Shown here in pieces: positions 61,198-64,000 of a stretch of DNA of 64,000 nucleotides (position 1 is its first letter; every line of letters starts with the position of its first letter). The notes beneath the pieces were generated by a model. It ran no database searches. It had not been told where the DNA came from and saw only the letters and a list, made by a program, of their open reading frames with translations. The translations under genes and the position numbers were made by a program. The DNA lies in the NCBI GenBank assembly GCA_002269645.1, contig NIVC01000309.1:620001-684000 (forward strand), given 5' to 3'. Origin of the DNA: Macrostomum lignano (lineage: Eukaryota).

Positions 61198-64000
61198 TGC
61201 CAGCGACTACCTGGTGTCTGCAGATCAACACCCAGCACTGCGTGGCGGCGTCGGTCAACCTGATGCGCACGGCAGAGCAACAGCTTCCGGGCCTGGTCTT
61301 CGTACAGGAGCCCTGGATGACTAAAGGTAAGCCAAATAATGTGCCATCTGGCTACCACTGTTTTTGCATGGCGGGCTCTCAGCCTCGCCCAAGATCTCTG
61401 GTCTTTGCTGCAAAAGCTTTTGAGGCATGGATGAGACCTGATCTCTCGACTGGGGACATCTGTGTTGTTCAAATCAATAACCTCATTCCCAATAAACCTG
61501 TGCTGGTAGCTTCTGCCTATTTCCCGGGCGATGCCCCAGTTGTCTGCGACGCGTTAGTCAACCTTACTGACTATGCTGCGTCCCATCGGTTCGAGCTGCT
61601 CATTGCAGGGGATGTGAACGCACACCACCTGCATTGGGGCAGCAAGAACATCAATAGCAGAGGCGAGGAGCTGCTGGCCTATGTCAGCAGCACTAACCTT
61701 AACTTCTGTAACGTGGGCAATGCACCAACGTTCAATAATGGGCGGTGGGCCGAAGTCATCGACACCACCATCGCCTCACCCGGACTGCTTTCCGCAGTTA
61801 CGGGCTGGCGAGTGTGGGACGAGGACTCGCTCTCGGACCACCGCTTTATCCGCTTTTGCATTGGGCCGACCAAGCAAAAGCCTAAGGTCACTTGGAGTCG
61901 GAACGTCAGGAACACCGATTGGGCCGCCTTTGGCTCGAAGCTGAGCCGCGGCCTTCGGGATCTTGACCCCCCCAGTGACCTCTCTGACTGCCAGGTGGTG
62001 GACGATCTCGCCTCCTCCCTGGGCGGGGCGATCACCACTGCCTTTGAAGCAGCCTGCCCCCTAAAGGCCTATAAAGGCAAGAAATCTGCTCCCTGGTGGA
62101 ACCCAGAGCTCGGGGCCCTTCGGCGCCGAGCCAGGACCCTCCAAAGGCGAGCGCTCAAAACCAAAGACCCATCTGACAGAGAGGCCTATACCCGTGCGAT
62201 CCACGAGTTTAAGGGCCAAGTCAGAAGGGCCAAGACGGCCAAGTGGCGCCAATATTGCGAAGGGCTTGAGGGCTCTCGCCCCGTAGCCCGCGTGGTTAAG
62301 GCACTCACTAATGACCGTTTTTCTAAACTCTCTGTTGTGAAGAGACCTGACGGCTCGGTCACAGAGAGTTCGGAAGAGACTCTAGAGCTCATGCTCAACA
62401 GTTTCTTCCCTAAATCTCCGACTCAGCAGGGCCCGCCCGACCACACAGTGGGAAGGCAAGGCCTAGCAAAGTCTATGATCACCAAAGACCGCATTATTAG
62501 AGCGGCAAGGTCCTTTAACCCGTTCAAGGCGCCTGGGCCCGACGGCATCTACCCAGCGTTCTTGCACGAGGCGGTGAAAAACCACCGCTTCCTGGACCTG
62601 CTCTGTCGTCTCCTTCGAGCTTGTATGGAGCTGGGCTATGTACCAGTTGCATGGAGAGAGGCCCGGGTGGTCTTTATCCCCAAGCCTGGAAAGAGCGACT
62701 ACCAATCGGTGAAGGCCTTCAGGCCTATCAGCCTCACTTCTTTCTGCCTCAAGCTCCTCGAGAGACTGGTGCTTTGGCGCCTACTTTCGGTCGAGCTGAA
62801 GCGCTTCCCACTCTCGCAGAACCAGCACGCCTTCCGCGCGGGCAGGTCAACCGAGAGTGCTCTCCATGTCATTGTTGACTTCCTGGAGAGGGCCGTTCTT
62901 GGCAGCGGCTTTGCCCTCTCGCTTTTCCTGGACATTGAGGGGGCCTTCGACAACGTCATCTTCGAGGCCTTTTGCAGAGCCCTGGAATCCAGGGCCACGC
63001 ACCCTCACCTTGTCCGGTGGATCATGTTCATGATCCGAAACCGCACTGTTGTGGCCCACCTGAGCGGCAGCTCTCTTTCGGTGCCTGTCCTGAAAGGGGG
63101 CCCCCAGGGCGGCGTTCTCACCCCCGTTCTCTGGAACATGGTCATGGATGAGTTGCTTTGCAGTGATCTCCACGACCCCATTCTCAAGGTGGGCTATGCC
63201 GATGATGTGACCGCGATATGCGCGGGCCCCTCGGTTGATACCATCAGAGACCTTCTGCAGGGCTTTCTGGGACGAGCGGAGCGTTGGGCAGACCAATGTG
63301 GCCTTAGACTCTCAGAGTCGAAAACCACAGCAGTCATGTTTACCAACAAACTGCTCTGGACCATTAAGCCCCTCACCCTCTATGGAAAGAATATTTCCAT
63401 GGAAAACCAGGTCCGCTGCCTGGGCCTCACTCTGGACCACAGGCTTAACTGGACTCCGCACATTCAAACTAAAGCCAAAAAAGCCCTGGCTGTACTGGCT
63501 CAGATCAGGCGCGCCGTGGGCACCACCTGGGGGCTCACCCCAGGAAGCTGTGGTGGATTTACACTGCCATCATCCGCCCCTCGATCAGTTACGCCAGCCT
63601 CGTGTGGGCTAGCGGCCTGAGCGTCAAGAGCAACCTCGACGCTCTCTACAAAATCCAGGGCAGAGCCTGCCGCATGACTATGGGCGCTCCACCCTCTACT
63701 CCTTTTGAAGGCATGAATGCCTTCCTCTGTGCCCCTCCTTTGGATATTTATATCAAAGGAGAGGCGGCGAAGAGCACCCGGCGTCTTCTGGATGCTGGGT
63801 GGCCTTCAAGAAAGTGCGGGCCTTTAAGAAGCGGTCGCTTATCCCGCACTCTGACCTCTGCCTCAAGGCTCTCGAGGAGTGTGGCGGGCTCAACATCCTC
63901 ACGGACTCGATCCCAGCCACCCTTCTCCTGAGCCAAAGGTATAAGGTCACCATTCAGCCTCGACACGAGGCGAGTGACAGCTGGAGCGACTCTGAAGTCC
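61194..64000 (+). CDS. LINE ORF2 endonuclease/reverse transcriptase (partial), with apparent -1 frameshifts at ~63540 and ~63799
   Basis: 808-codon open frame with all EN and RT motifs. Homologous-looking sequence (KLWWIYTAIIRPSISYASLVW; ...VTIQPRHE) resumes in shifted frames. Confidence 0.9.

Larger units (their letters stand above)
59201..64000 (+). mobile_element. Non-LTR retrotransposon (LINE), LOA/R1-group, with 5' UTR, ORF1 and ORF2; 3' end beyond window
   Basis: ORF1 has a DUF4780-like core. ORF2 has an APE endonuclease (LQINTQH, VQEPW, GDVNAHH, SDHRFI), RT (KAPGPDGI, FRPISLTS, FLDIEGAFD, GGPQGGVLTP, YADD) and the post-RT VGTTWGLTP motif typical of Lian/LOA elements. Confidence 0.93.

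Overview
Metazoan (invertebrate) genomic DNA with GC-rich exons and introns packed with tandem repeats. The style is compatible with a flatworm such as Macrostomum, but that is inference only. Hand splicing with phase-consistent GT-AG junctions gives six protein-coding loci: (1) an orphan Gln-rich exon (12975-13835, -); (2) a 3-exon gene with a divergent, apparently non-conjugatable SUMO-like domain (18174-21048, -); (3) a 2-exon uncharacterised multipass membrane protein (26892-28115, -); (4) a 10-exon RPGRIP1L/MKS5-like gene that appears to lack both central C2 domains (31615-40594, +); (5) a >=10-exon TRP channel with a TRPM-type MHR4/pore/TRP-box/coiled-coil but N-terminal ankyrin repeats (42603-~51240, -); (6) the 3' end of an ATP11-like P4-ATPase flippase (54437-57881, -). 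Mobile DNA comprises a decayed, 3'-truncated Mag-like Ty3/Gypsy element (~22842-25830), a near-intact LOA/R1-type LINE (59201 to window end) and several MITEs. Most long ORFs in the supplied track are translations of tandem repeats. The best novelty candidates are the ankyrin-TRPM chimera, the C2-less RPGRIP1L, the SUMO-like-domain protein, and two pairs of inverted satellite arrays that each bracket a short unique segment or exon.
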